NCBI RefSeq assembly: GCF_036321535.1
Contig: NC_087436.1
Coordinates: 69,690,001 to 69,754,000 of the forward strand
Length of the DNA stretch: 64,000 nucleotides
Reading direction: 5' to 3'
Origin: Camelus dromedarius
Lineage: Eukaryota
Under the pieces are notes generated by a model that did no database searches, had not been told where the DNA came from, and saw nothing but the letters and a program-made list of their open reading frames with translations. Shown in pieces: positions 1 through 13,930 of the stretch. The first letter of the stretch is position 1. Every line of letters begins with the position of its first letter. Made by a program: the position numbers and the translations under genes.

Positions 1-1524
1 TTTTTGCAAGTGTGTGCATTATTTCAAAGGTTTAAGTAACCTTTTTCAAAGTTACTTTATTCCCGTAACTAATTCATATCCATTACTCCTTGATTGCCCT
101 TCTCATCATTCAAAATAGGTTCCCGTTTCCTGCATAGTTAACACCATGTAACAGACTAGTTTATTTTAATAATTCATTTTATTTAACACATTTTTGTTTC
201 CTCTGTGATTTGGCTGAAAAAAGCTTTTACTATTTCAAACTTCTATGACTGAGTTCTTTGGGAAGTATTTTCTCAGAGTCCTTCAATTTATCTGTCTGTC
301 TGTCTATCTATCTATAGAATACTAGTTCCTGTGAATTTCTCTCAATCCTCTAAATAAAATTTCAAGTATAAACAATACTAATAGTTGCATTGTTTTTTTT
401 TTGTATTATAACATGACTGAACAATTGTTTAACTAGAAGGTGATGAGAAACTTCACCAAGAAATACATAATTTTCATGGTTTATCTAATGCCAGTCCTGA
501 ATTAAACCAATGAAGCAAAATCAGCAGATAAGGAGAGAGAGAAATACCACCAGTCCCCAGTTCCGATTCCTATGTTAGAGATGTAGTGCTTTTTAGCAGA
601 AGAATAGTTACTTCTATCATTTGGGAAAAGATGTTGCTGTGATGTTCTGTAAAACCTGATGACTAAAAATTATTTAGAAAGAGTTTTTACCCATTATTTA
701 CCTAATATTTTGGGAAGTATATTTATTTAGATATTTATAATTCAGAAGTAATCTGCTTTATTTCTTTTTCAACAACAACAGAACCAGGTTCACTGACAAA
801 TACAGAATTATAAAAACATATCAGAGTCCCAAATTAGCTTAATTTTGTTCATAAAATTATTTGAAGATTATTTCAATTCAATTTTCAAAATAACTACAAA
901 TATCTTTCCTGAAACCTCTTTTCAATTTGATTTTTCTCTACCTAGCATCCTTAATTTTGTAATGCCAGGGTTGCACCATCTATACAATTCTTAAGCCAGA
1001 AGCCTGGTTCATTTTCCTTATTCTAAAGCCAGTCTCTGTTGTTTGTCATTCTACCTTCTAAACATCTCTTAAGCTCTGCCTTAATCAGGATCCCTAATGT
1101 CATTTTGTAAGGCCCTTGTAATTTCACAGCAATCTAAGTGGTCATCCTGACCCCGGTTTTTGTCCTTCTTACAAAATAAACATTTTCACTTTCATGCTCC
1201 CTCATTTTCGTTTCTTTGCAGGAACTCTACATAACACAGGTCTTATCTTTTTATTCCCTTTAATACCTCCATTCTCTTAGTCTGTTTAAGAAGCCCATTT
1301 TCTGTGTGTTTATAGCACTTCAGTATTTCTGTATCACAACACTTACCTTTCCTTATCAAGGTTCCTAAGTTCCATGATGTCAGGTAATGTGTTTGAATTG
1401 TCTTTGAATTTCTAGTCAGTTTCCTAAGGCTTCAGAACACACTTAGATCAATAAAAGGTTTGTAAAGGCAGCAGTGAATGTACTATTGATTTCTCACATA
1501 TGCTTTCACAGGACTTTGCCAAAA

Positions 1525-1575
1525 ATGAAGATCCTCGTCTTTGCCTTTATTATGGCTCTCATGTTAGCCATGATT
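1525..1575 (+). CDS. HSTN: Gene 1 coding exon (signal peptide [17 protein letters not shown])
   Basis: Acceptor tttcacag at 1511, ATG at 1525, donor gtaagt at 1576. Confidence 0.92.
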
Positions 1576-3881
1576 GTAAGTATGTCAGGAAATTTTGAAG
1601 AATATGTTCTCAGAAATTAGCGTGAGTCTCTCCTCTTATTTCTTGTGTTTTGGCCTACATGTGCATTTACCTGAACATGGCTTTATAAATTTTAATATTT
1701 TTATATGAACATTTTCCTTGAATTAAGCTACATAAGTACATTAAGGACTTAGAATAAATCTTGAATACACACATACACAAACACACTAAGCATACAGACA
1801 CAGAAGTGTAATTAACTTAATGTAAAGATTAAAAATTTTAAATAGCCCCATGAAGACATGAATCTAAGAGGCTAATAGAGACATTTAAATCTTAAAACTC
1901 TAGATTTACCAAATGTCAGGGATTACCTGTATTGTCATTAACTACTCTGCGTCATTAGGTAAAACTGACCTTTCTGAATTGCTTTCTTCCTCCTCCCTCT
2001 AAATGTGTTTCCTCTTCTGTAAAAACAATGGTACTTTTCACTTCACTATTCTTTGTGTCTAGTTACTGAGATGTTCTTGGAGAAATAATAATATTTCTCC
2101 TAATCCAACAAGTTCTACTGGATGTCTCAAGACCAAGGTGGTCATGACATCACAGTCTAACAGATTATCTTTCATAAAATAACACAAATCTAAAAAAAGA
2201 GAAAAACATTATACCAGACCCTATTAGCACAATTAATATATGAATGTAAGTAGCTTTTAAGCTACTTGAACATTTCCATATAAAAAACATTTGACTTGAC
2301 AAATCCCAACTTTAACTTTTCAGTTTCATTGTCCTAGTCACAGTGATAGATTTGCCTTCCTTTCACACAAAAAAGAATTTGTTCCAAAGTGAATTGATAT
2401 TTGAATGTAGCAAATGAATTACGGTGAAATATTTCTCTTCATTCATATAAAAGATGCCATTCTACAAACACAAAATTAGTTTAGTGTATCATTTCCCCAG
2501 AACTTTACCTCCATTCCATTTCATCATAATTGTGGCAGCTAAATGCATTTTTACACTCAATCTAAAACTGTAAAATTAAAATGTTAACTATTTTCGTCTT
2601 TCCTTTTTTCCCAGAGCGCTGATTCATCTGAAGAGGTAAGACACTTTCCTTCACTGGAAAACGTGAAAAGTAAACATGTGTTAAAATGTTAATCTGTTCT
2701 TTACTTTAACAGAAACGTTTCTGGAAATGGAGAAAATACAATGTACGTATTCTCCTGATAATGTGGTATAGTACAAGAATATTTTCTTCTCTGATATTTA
2801 TATATTTACATATTTACATAATGACTGATTAAAGTACACATTGTCTTTTTGTTGATGATACACTGGGTAAAACCCAGTAGTCTGTGTACTAGTAGCATTT
2901 GGATGGAAACTCATAATGCCACCCTGATAAAGTCAATTATTTTTTCAAAAAAACAAGTATCTTTGTCTAGTAAATAATTACCTTGATCTAAAGAACACTG
3001 AGAGTCTAATTATGTTAAATACAAAATATGCCTAAAAGACCACAGAGACTTTCAAAATACGTATAATGTTGTCAGTTTCCACTTCCTGATTCTTTTGAAA
3101 GGCAATGCAGTCCTTAGTGTATGTTGAACTAACCACATTAAATAGGATAGAAAATTTAATTTATTTAACATTCCTCTTAGTGAAATGTTTCCGTGATAGT
3201 GCATGTTATTTTGACATGTCTATCGATGTGATAAGGTCTCAAAAATTCTTACTAATATAGTCAGTAGATGAATTCAAACAGCACCAGATAAAAGGATGCT
3301 GAAGGAGGGATGGAGGACATTTGGAATAACAAAAGTGAATATTTAAGAATGTAGGAGTTTTAAGAAACAGTATTTTATTTATAAGTAAAGAGTGAGAAGT
3401 AGTAATTCCACCTAACTTGGAATTAGTAAATATCTCTTCCCTGTAATATTCAAGGATGGGCAAAGAAGCTTGAAAGTTATATTATAAATAATAATTTAAC
3501 GTTTTATGAATGGTTGGCTATAATCAATGGCTCCATGTGTATTATAAAACAGCAAAATTTTCAACAAACAGCAAAAATATAAGTGCTTTATCATTTTACC
3601 ACTTTAAAACATTCTTATTTAAAATAATTAAAATCTACCTAAAAGCTTGAAAACACAATCATGTAGATGATATATAAGGTCCTACCAACGTTAACAACCT
3701 AAGTTTTTAATGAAATTTACTGAGAAATATTTGCACCATCATTGTCTCAATTCTCTGCAATTTCTTTTTTCCTTTCGTTTGTGTACAGTTTGGGTATTAC
3801 CAACCATACCAGCAATACGTGCCGTATCAGCGGTATCCACAAAACTATCCTAACTATCCTCTTCAATATCCATTTCCTTAA
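1525..3881 (+). CDS. HSTN: Histatherin/statherin-family secreted peptide, gene 1 (spliced CDS 1525-1575, 2615-2635, 2713-2742, 3789-3881; 64 aa)
   Basis: Four phase-0 exons with AG/GT boundaries give [64 protein letters not shown]. This is a signal peptide, a DSSEE motif, a basic segment and a Y/P/Q-rich tail, i.e. STATH/HTN architecture. The C-terminus YQRYP..NYP..YPFP resembles bovine histatherin as I recall it. The symbol is tentative (HSTN versus STATH). Confidence 0.85.
2615..2635 (+). CDS. HSTN: Gene 1 coding exon SADSSEE
   Basis: Polypyrimidine tract plus ccag acceptor, 21 nt, gtaag donor. S-x-E motifs at the exon end are typical of SCPP genes. Confidence 0.92.
2713..2742 (+). CDS. 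HSTN: Gene 1 coding exon [10 protein letters not shown]
   Basis: ttaacag acceptor, 30 nt, gtacgt donor, after a 77-nt intron. Confidence 0.88.
3789..3881 (+). CDS. HSTN: Gene 1 last coding exon (Y/P/Q-rich; exon continues as UTR to 3917)
   Basis: gtacag acceptor, TAA at 3879-3881, donor gag|gtaag at 3917/3918. Confidence 0.9.
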   Translation, partial: [30 protein letters not shown]

Positions 3882-4394
3882 AACGCTGCTCAGTAACCAC
3901 AGGACATGATTACAGAGGTAAGCCGGGTCTAGTGACATTTAATATTATTTAGAGGTATCAATGGTGACAGGTAAAACAAGAAAAAGCAAAAGCAAGCTGT
4001 CAAACCAAAAGCAGCCCCAGTTTAAGAAACCCATTCTGGTGTAGCTCTGGTAAAGTACACTTACCTCTCTAAGTGTGTCCAAAAGAGAGCATATGTCCTG
4101 GCATTGTTAAGAGGCTGGGCTCTGGGGACGGGGCAGTTGTGTCTGTGTCCTAGTCCTGACCATTCCTAGTTTCATCACCTAGAACTATTCCTGATCTTTT
4201 TCTAAACTTCAATTTTTCTCATGGACAAAATCAGTATTATAATTCATAACCACATCACAGAATCAGTGAGACTACTGAAGGGCGTATTACATAAAAGCTC
4301 TTAAAGAGAATTGTATATAATTGTGACTGCAGGCTGCCCTGCCACTTAATCTGTGCCTGGATGTTGCTTAAAACTTTTCCTTCTAAAGGTAATC

Positions 4395-4577
4395 TTGGGA
4401 GTGGATGCACAAGCACCATCTGGGAACTTGTCAGAATTTAGATTCTGAAGCCATACTCTGACCTATTGCACCAGAATCTGCAGGTTATTAAGATCTCTAT
4501 ATGATTAATAACACAAGAAATTTGAGAAACTTGGCTTTGAAGATTCTGATGAGCAATTAGAATAGGAACCACTGCTT
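4395..4577. mobile_element. MER5-like DNA transposon remnant (paralogous copy ~21805-21988)
   Basis: Motifs tgggaacttgtcagaa...agaatctgca...tttgagaa...gaaccactgc recalled from the MER5A consensus. Confidence 0.45.
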
Positions 4578-6550
4578 TAAAATAATACCTACAAGAAAAT
4601 AAGGAAATGTTACCAACTGGATTTTAGAAAGTCAATTTTGTGTAAAACAAAAATAAATGTTCCAAAATCTATGAAAGGTTAAATATTTCACTGCAAAATC
4701 AAGGAATATTTTTGGAGGCTGTCCCACAATTCGAAGTGGAAATAGTTCCCAAGGATTTCAATAAATTTTAAATGCACATACAGAATTAATTCAAATTGAA
4801 CTCCCTAATGCCATCAATGACAGGACAAAGACACTGTATTTGACTCCCTAGGCACTACGCAACAGCTGAAGATACTTGAAAAAGAAAGGATATATTAAAC
4901 GTATTATTTGGAAGATATATAAATGGATGAAATGTGTAGGCTATATTTAAGCAGAGGACAGGGGGACAGAAATAGGTTGGTGGTAGAAAGACTTAAAGAA
5001 ATATGAGAAGGAGACCCTAAGAAAAGGCAATCAGTGGATTTGGTGATGGATTGAATGAATGGCCAAATCAGGGAAGGAAGGAGAAAAAAACAAAGAAATA
5101 GATACACGTTTGTCAGGATTGGATAAGCAAATATAAGGACTAAGCAAATAAGTCTTTCAGAAAAGAGACATGGCTCTGCTGCCATCTGTCCATCTCTTTC
5201 TTTGTTGTTGTTATAGTTGTTTTATGGAATTTTGCATTATGAATATGTTTGATTGGCTGTGTTTATACAGAAGATGCTAAAGAAGATAATTTGGCTAAGC
5301 TCAATTGGAAAGAGGATACCATTCAAAGTGAAAGTCCAACTGGGCTAAAAATACAGACCTGAGCCCACTGCACCTCATGTGAGCAGTGACAAGTGGAGAA
5401 AAAAGATGATAGAAATCATTCTTTGAATTTTTCAATATTGATTCAAGATTTCTTAAGGTCCTGAAGTGCCAGGAAAAGTACTATCCTATCAGCACCACAC
5501 AGAATTAGATTGGTTACACATTTGAAGTGTTGGAAATAAAGGAGCTATTTTGAAGTAGAGAAAGAAACAATTGAAAATAAATACTGTTCCTTGTGTTATT
5601 TTTTTAGAAAATAAAATTCCAACAGAAGTTTGTATTCATTCAGTCATGAGATATTTCTTGACTACATCCTGAGCAGGCAGTGAATTAGCCACTGGGGGTA
5701 TAAATATCATGATTTATCTCTGCACTTGATGGCTTATTATCTAGTTTTCAAAATGGATGTAAAATCAAGCAATTATAAGTGAGACTATCATCTGATACAG
5801 GAGGGATGTGATTGAATGGGTTCTTTAGGCATCTATAGAGCAGGTGCATGGCAGGTAAAGGATAGACAGGCAGTAAAGTCCATTGGGAAACTATCAAAAT
5901 AATTTAACATGAAAAACAAGAGGTTGAACTAAGAAACAGTGGTAGTGATAACAGCAATTTAAAGTCTGGTTATATAACTATTTTAGAATAATTTTAGTAA
6001 AGCTTTTTTTTTATATGAAGGATTTTAAGCAGGCACAGCTTTGGTCAAGGGTCTTTTGTCATGTCCAAAAAGAACAGTTCTAAACTTAGACAAGGAGAGA
6101 TTTTATTCATAACAAAGATCATTGCAATAGGAAGAAAGTTCAAATCTCAGAAATCTGCAAGGGCTTCAAAGGCGAACAGAAAAAGTCTTTTTAAGATAGG
6201 TAAGCAAAGATTAGCAGAAACTTTTAGGGGAAGTTGGGCAAGCAGAAGGAAATGACCAGTAGAAAGGGTGTCCACTCTGGTCAGCTGATTCTCAGGATAA
6301 GCTGATAAGAGGGCACGTTCCACTTTTTTCCTGGTTGTCCAGGCTTGGGGCATGCAAAGGTCAAGGGCACCAAGGAAGGTGGGAAGGGAGGAGACAAGCA
6401 GGGGGTAACAAACGGGCAATTGTGAACACTTGGTTAGACAGAAAGAGTTATATCTGGATATAACTGAAAAATAAGAAGACATAATGACATTAGCAATGAT
6501 TCATTTATTGTTCAAATTTAATAAAATGTATGTTTTCTCCTTATCCACAG

Positions 6551-6825
6551 ACTTGGTGAGAAGTCCTATTTGCTTTGTACTCACAATGATTCTTCCTATT
6601 CTTCCTGCTGTGTCCAAATTCCAGCTTTCAAAACAAAGAAAGAAAAAAAAAGAAAAAGAAAATTCAATCAAGCAGTGTTACATAAAGAATACATACCTGA
6701 GATCAAATATCAATAATTTTAAAACAGTAGTAATGATAATCTGACCTTTCTTTTCTCTGTTAAAGTATTTTCAAAATTAAAAAAAAAAAAAGCCTTGCGT
6801 AATAAATCGATCTATCAAGCATGCA
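6551..6825 (+). other. HSTN: Gene 1 terminal 3'-UTR exon with poly(A) signal AATAAA at 6801-6806
   Basis: ttatccacag acceptor at 6550. Collinear with the paralogous segment 24001-24285, which has the same acceptor and AATAAA. The 3' end is approximate. Confidence 0.7.
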
Positions 6826-6838
6826 CTGGGTAACCCAT

Positions 6839-7257
6839 TGTATTAGCGTCCTAGGGCTGCTTTAACAAAGTGCCGGAAATGGCGGCTAAAAAACAGAAAC
6901 TTATATTCTCACAGTACTATGGCCAGAGCCTTGCTCTGTCTGAAAGCACTAGGGCACAATGTCTTGGTTCTTCTAGTATCCAGCATCTCCTCGCAATCCT
7001 TGGCATTTCTTGGTTCATCACACATCTCTTCGATCTCTGTCTCTTTTATCACAAAGCCAACTTCTCCCTCTGTGTCTCTGTCTTCTTATAAAGACATCAG
7101 TTGTATTCAGTTAAGAGCCCAGCCTACTCCAGTAAGGCCTCATCTTAACTAATTACATCTACAATAACCCATATTTCCAAATAAGGTCACATTCTGAAAT
7201 ATTGGGATCTAGGGGTTCAGCATATCTTTGGAGGACTGACACAATTGTCCCAATTAC
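6839..7257. mobile_element. MaLR (MLT1-type) solo LTR
   Basis: Starts tgtattag..ctagggctgc..taacaaag and contains ttctcacagt, ctcatcttaactaattacatct and ccaaataaggtcacattctga, all typical of MLT1. A truncated paralog lies at 24299-24420. Confidence 0.7.
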
Positions 7258-8854
7258 ACCCATCTTTATTTTAACTGCAAATAAAAATTTTCTGCAGCTA
7301 TGCTACGTAAATTCTCATAACATTCTTCAAAATGTCAGTATTTATAAAGAAAAGACATACAATACTATTTTATAACCTTCTGGGACAATGATTATGAAAG
7401 AAATCAAGTCATGCCAGAGCTGAGTGGCTATTCTAAAAACAAGAAAATCATCTAGTCAATCTCATTTTAATTGCAAAATATTCTTTATAAAAGAAACGTC
7501 AATCCATACAGTTTGCATGAAATCACTAACCTACTAGTGAAAATCTTGCCTTTAATTTTAATCACATTTACATGGAAAACAGATTCACCTTTCAGCATGA
7601 AACTGGAAAGAAAATCTTAGCTATACAATGATGGTAGATGTTGGCAGCTAAAAATCGGCCAATGATGCTGTATTACAATTTTTATGAGATAGAAACTTTT
7701 ATTCACCAAAATTAATGGAGACAAAGCTTCTCTTCCTGAGTGAAGCAGCCCAAACTAAGGACCAGTTGCCTGGGAGTTGAACACAGCAGAGAGGGCTGCT
7801 GTTGGAACCAAAGACTTTAGAAGGGAACAGAAGGAGTGGTACTCACACTGAGGAAAGAATCAAGAGTAAGGGAAGTGGTAGATGCTAAGTTATATGTGTT
7901 GTGTAAAACTCCCTGCTGGGCTCCTCACCCAGTCTCAGTTAATTTCACTGTGCAGATGCTGAGATTCAAAACCTAGGAATAAACATTTTTTCCCTCCTCT
8001 GCCCTTCACTTTTTCCATATAACCAATGTATACATTAATAAATTATTATTATTACATATAATAAAATATGCATGTATACTTTTGTGTGTATATATATATA
8101 TATATGGCTAAAAGCTCATTATTTGTGACCACAGTGTTATTCATAAAAGAGGTTAAGTACAGCATAGTTTCAAAATACAGACGGCGAGAGGTCATGTAGA
8201 CATTCCATCCATCAAGCATTGCTAACAAATTGGGCACTGAGAAATAACTTTATTTATGGTTTTCTTTTGGAAGAGGATAGGTTTAAGTATCAATGTTAAA
8301 ATGACTGATAAATGGCCTGTCACTCAAATAGGTATCTGCGCATGCATATATATTTTTTTCAAGTGTTTTAATTATGGCTCTCTCAATTTCTGGTGGCACG
8401 ATTCTCACCAGTTAACTTAGCCTGTCTGAACTCTATCTTCTTGTGTACCGACATCCTAAAGGAGTCTCTGGAAGAATTCAGGAAATAACAAAAACAAGAC
8501 ACCTATGCAATGCCTGACGTAGAACAAGTATCTAAAAATGGCAGCAAGAATGGTAACCACTGTCTAGGCTTGAGGGCTAAGTTCTTCCCCACAAGTAATT
8601 TTATTAGGTCTTTACATTATCCTGTTGAATCAGAAGTTATTACATCCAGATGAAAAATCCAGCATTGACCAGAATTAAGTCACTTGTCCTAAATCACACA
8701 ATTAGTGAATGTTAGAGAAGAAAATCAAAATTCATGTCCATTAGATTCCAAAGCCCATGCTACTTGTGATACTCCCATGCTGTCTAGATTAGCTTCCTAT
8801 TGCTGCTGTAACAAATTACAGGAAACCTAGTGGCTTAAAACAACACAAATGTAT

Positions 8855-9015
8855 TTTTTAATTTTTTCAAACTACTTTACTGAGGTAAGAGTTTGGGGAT
8901 GAGTTTGGGGTTTCATACCCATGAAACCGTCACCACCATCAACTCCGTAAACATACCCATAACCTCAGAATATTTCTGCCCACACCCTTTCTCCTTCTCT
9001 TTCCTCTCGTTCTAC

Positions 9016-9067
<52 letters not shown>

Positions 9068-9800
9068 GTTATTATTATCATCATCATCATCATCATCATT
9101 ATGTGTTTGTATGTGGTAAGAACACTTAACATGAGGTCCTCCTTTGCATATCTTAAGGATAAAATACAGGATTGCTTGCTAGGCACCGTGCTGTAGGGCA
9201 GGTCTCAGGACTTACTTATTTTACATGACTGAAACCTTGTACCATCTGACCAACACTTTCTTATGTGCCACTCACTCCCGTCCCTGGCTCCAGTTTTATT
9301 CTGTGCTTCTGTGTGTTTGACAAGTGTAGATTCTACACATAAGGGGTACCATACAATATTTGCCTTTCTGTGTCTGGTTTATTTCTCTTAGAATAAAAAT
9401 TTTCAGATCTGTCCATGTTGTCCTAAAGGGCAGATTTCTTCCTTTTTTAAAGCTGCATGTTGTATTCTGCCATGCACATATACCGCATTTTCCCTCTCCA
9501 TCCATCCGTTGGTGTGTGTTTAAGTTGTTCCCACATCTTGGCTATTGTAAATAATGCTGCAGTGAACATGAGAGTACAAGGGTCACCGTGAGATCCTGGT
9601 TCCAGTTCCTTCAGATAAGTATCCAGACATGGGAGGGTGGGATTAGATCGTAGCTCTAGTTTTAGTCTTTTGAGATGCCTCCATAATGTTTTTTCTTAGG
9701 GAATGCACCGATTTACATTCCCACAGTGCATAAGGGCTCCCTTTTCTCCTCTTCCTCAACAACACTTGTCATCTGTCTTTAAATATAAGCCATTATGATA
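8855..9800 (-). mobile_element. LINE-1 3' region (ORF2 end and 3' UTR), antisense
   Basis: L1 hallmarks tgtctggtttatttc..tag, ttggctattgtaaataatgctgcagtgaacatg and atttacattcccac. Confidence 0.8.
9016..9099. repeat. Compound microsatellite (TAT)n(CAT)n
   Basis: Directly visible trinucleotide run. Confidence 0.97.
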
Positions 9801-12800
9801 GGGAATCTTAAAACAGTACCCTCCTATCTCACTGCCCTTTGTGGTGTTGTTATCATGTATTTTATGTACATACATTAAAATCCACACCATACATTGTAAT
9901 TATATTTTTTAATTGTTTTATAATTTTGAAGAGTTTTAAAACACAGGTAATTGAGGTGTTTCATCTGCATCTCTCTATTTACCATTTTCCTTGTGCTTCC
10001 TTTGAGTAGATACAAATTTCTACATGGTATCACTTGACTTCTGCCAGTGAAATTCCTTTAAGTATTTCTGGTAAGGTAAGTCAGCTAGTTATTAATTCAT
10101 TCAGCTTTGTGAATCTGAAAAAAATATTATATCTTCATGGTAGAAGGATGTTTTCACAGATTATGGTATTTTTTGACAGATATTTTTTTCTGAGTACTTA
10201 AAAAAATTGCCAATCCCTTCTGGCTTATATATTTTGCAAAAGCAAGTCAGCCATCATTCACCTCTGCTACTCTGTATATGATATCTTTTTTCTCTGGCTA
10301 CTTTTTAATGTTTTCTTGTTGGCTGCTTGCAAGCAATGTCCCTGTAATGTGTTCATAGTAATTTGTTTCACGCTCTTGCAGTCATCATTTGTTGAGCTTC
10401 TTGATCTATGGTTTATAGTTTTCCTAATATTTGGACCTTGTTCACTCCTTCACTACAATTATACATGTATTAACACACATGTTGACCCACACTTCCTTGA
10501 AGTACTGCTGTTTTGCACTACTTTCCCCCCCCCCCCCTTTTTTTTGTCCATGTTATTTTGGATAGCTTTATTGCTATATTTTCAAGATTCCTAATCTTTT
10601 CTCCTTCCATACTCTTTCAAGTTCCCTCATCTTTTTTTCTAATCCTGCTATTAATTATAGTCAACGTGCTTTGCATCTCAGACCTTGTATTTTTCAAACA
10701 TGCTCATGCATGCCTCCTGTTATCATCTAGATATAATTACAATAAATATTTCAATATATTTGTTTACTAATTCTATACCTTGTCTCATTTTTGTTTATTG
10801 ACTTCTCTCTCTATTGTGAGTCATACTTTCCTTTTTTGGGTTCATGCCTGTTAATTTTGGTGTTTTTGTTTTTTGGATTTTTTTTCCATTTTTAATGATA
10901 CCTATTGTTTTCATTCTAATTTTATTAGCAGTATTACTTCATCACAGACAACTAGAAGTATGTGAAAGTGTAAAGTAAAATTAACAATCACACATACTTA
11001 ACACCCAAAGATAAACATCATCATATTTAACTAGGTGATTCGAAAGCTGTTTGCCAGAGGACCAGACTCCTTGCTGCTGAGAGTTGTTCCAAGAGATGCT
11101 GCTGGAGTCCCCATCAGAGCAGAAGGTTACTTCCCCCTCACAGCTGTGACAGCCATCGCCAGATCAGAGACCACGGCTTGTACAGAGATGACTCCTTCCT
11201 CACTTCTCCTTGGAGTGGACCCTTACTTCCTTTTCTCTACTTCGACTAACCTATGTTGGGTTCTAGTTGGGTGCAATAAACCGAGAGATTCTTGACTTGA
11301 ACCCCTCAGTATATCTCCAGTCCTGTGATTCTTCCCTGCCCTTAATGAAGGTCCCTGTGACAAATACAAGAAAATATGAGTTTAGGAGACATCACTTGCT
11401 CAATAGCTGTTAAAGTCCACATACACTAATTCTTCTTCATTGTTTAAACGTGAAAGGATATGTGTGGTAAGTCTTAGAAGAACTCTTACACAAAATGGTA
11501 AGTTAACATATTAAAGCGTAAACTTTTCATCATCAACCAAACAACAGAAATAACAAAGCAGAAACATAAAACCATGAATCTGACCATTTATTTTAAACTA
11601 GTTAATATTTGGAGATGTCTCAGTTCTATACTTTACTTTTCTGGGCTTCATATATCTTAGATGTAATGAACTTCTGAGCTAAGAATGTAGAAGTAACAGA
11701 GAAAACTAAGCATTTCAGAGTGTGGGTTTAAATATTACTACTTTAAATATTTATTAAATGTAGAAAGGACCATTCATTTAAAATTTAAATATATATTTTC
11801 TTTTTAAGCGAAATCTGTTATGTCTTGAGTTCATCATTCCATTTGACCACTTGGTAATTTCTTTATGCCTACAACTCAAGAAACAATAAAATAAGATATT
11901 TAGGCAGAAAATACAAAATCAGGAAGTCATGTTGAAACAACTTAATTATATATTTTTAAAATTTTGGTATGACATTTTAAATTGTGAAAACATTTTGATT
12001 CAAATGAAAACTGTGCTATAGCAACCATGTATTTTACGCATTCATTAAAAATAAGCTGTAGTCAATTTCTTCTGAAGGCACAGGGAATACCTACATCCTG
12101 TAGAAACACCACGAAAATAATTTAACCAGTCAAAAGTTTTGTCAAACTCAGTTGTTTCTGTGAAACACATTAAAGGTAAAGGACACTTTTCAAAAATTGT
12201 TATTATGTCAAAAGTAATAGTTCCACTTATACTTTGTATAATAGAAATATTCACCTTGAAGTATTTTTTGTTTCTTCATGTTGCATTCATTAAGTGTGCA
12301 ACATGTACATTACACAACGGGAGAAGCTGTAGTTACAAAAATGAGATACATACTTGGCCCTCAGGAAGCTTCATTTCAGATGAGGAATATGAGTCACATT
12401 TTCTGCTAACACAAAAAGGAAAGCTGAAAAACAAAGTGGCCAGAAGTTTTGCTGGAAAAAAAAATTGTTGGACAATTAGAAATTTCAAGAGGACAATTAG
12501 AAATGGCAGAAGGTTAGAAAACAATGAACTTTTTGAGGCTGTTTGAAGCAATCTGGTGGTGAAAGAATGGCATCATTCTATTTTTTTGAGGGAGATCGTT
12601 TTAAAATTATTTTTTTAAAGTTGCTTTTAAGTTCTCTAAAGCTATTTTGCTAACAAAATTGAGTGAATCTGGATTTCAATTAGATCCACCAATTCTAATT
12701 GTAGAAGTTGCAGCATCTTCGGATGCATACTAAACTAGATCTAATTAGAATAATTAATAACATCCTATCAGTATATGGTGAAAAGAGTAACTATTTCTCA

Positions 12801-13810
12801 TTGGATGTGTAATGATAAATTTTTTTGTCTAATATATTAAGAAATGGAATGATAATTGCTATTTATTCAGATACTAATTTAATGAATATTTAATAGTCTA
12901 CTCAGACACTAAGTTACTTTAATAGTATAGTCAGTGATATATATGAATATTTATATATATATTTATATAAATTTAGCTATAAATAAGTAAAATAATCTGT
13001 AAACAGCTATTCTGTAACAGGCTAGAATGTATATGCTTTTACAGCAATGTACATTTTAGGCAATCTGTTATTTTCTTTCTCTGTATAGGTGTGACTGAAA
13101 AACCCAGTTTCAAACATGAAAAAGAAGAACAAAGAAGGAAAAGAAAGTCCAGTAATAATATCACCATAACATTTACACGTTGCATCCTTATGCCACAATT
13201 TAATGTCACATCTTTGACATAGCAGCAGCCTTTTATTGATTTTCCCTTGTAAATGAGAGACCTTGGCACTAATTCAAATACTCCTCTGAATCTCTGACTT
13301 TAAGTAACTGCTTGCTAAAATGTCAATTCTGGAATGTCCTACCAAAGATACTAAACTGTACAGGAAAAAAAGAGTTCCTTTTATATTTTCCAAGTGTAGA
13401 ATGTAATACTGCTTTCTAAATGTTTTTTTTTTTTCTTTCATTTGGCCATACACCTCTCACTCTTTCCTTTCAATAAACTGTCAAAAATAACATTAATTTT
13501 CTGACGCATCTAACTCATCTTATACATTAGTCAATTCCAGAAAACAGTCACCTATTTAGTAAAAAAACAAAGTGAGTCCATTTGACATCACTGCCTTCAT
13601 TTCCCCCCTCTCACTCTTTTGTATATTGATCTATGTCTGATCAGATTTCTAACTTTCTCCCACTAGTCTTAAAGTTTCAGGTGACTCTCATATTTGACAA
13701 AGTTGTTTTATCTCTGTACTTCAGTTTTCATTTCCTCATGCAGCCTTAGAAAAATATTTTAATTAAGATGTTCTTTCTAATGAGCATAATAATAAAATAA
13801 AATAATAATA

Positions 13811-13930
13811 TTTATATTTGAAAATTTTCTACTTACAATATGATTTATATATATTCTCAAAGCAGTCCAAATGTTTATATTTGAAAATTTATTTTCAATG
13901 TGATTTATATATATTATCAAAGCAGTCCAA
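13811..13930. repeat. Two-copy tandem repeat of about 60 bp
   Basis: tttatatttgaaaattt...tgatttatatatatt.tcaaagcagtccaa at 13811-13870 and 13874-13930. Confidence 0.85.

Noticed and set aside
8893..9186. ORFs with poly-Tyr/His (+) and poly-Ile/Met (-)
   Set aside because: Translation artefacts of the (TAT)n(CAT)n microsatellite inside an L1 remnant; not a histidine-rich histatin.
13811..13930. Direct repeats considered as a CRISPR-like array
   Set aside because: Only two adjacent copies without spacers, in eukaryotic DNA; a simple tandem duplication.
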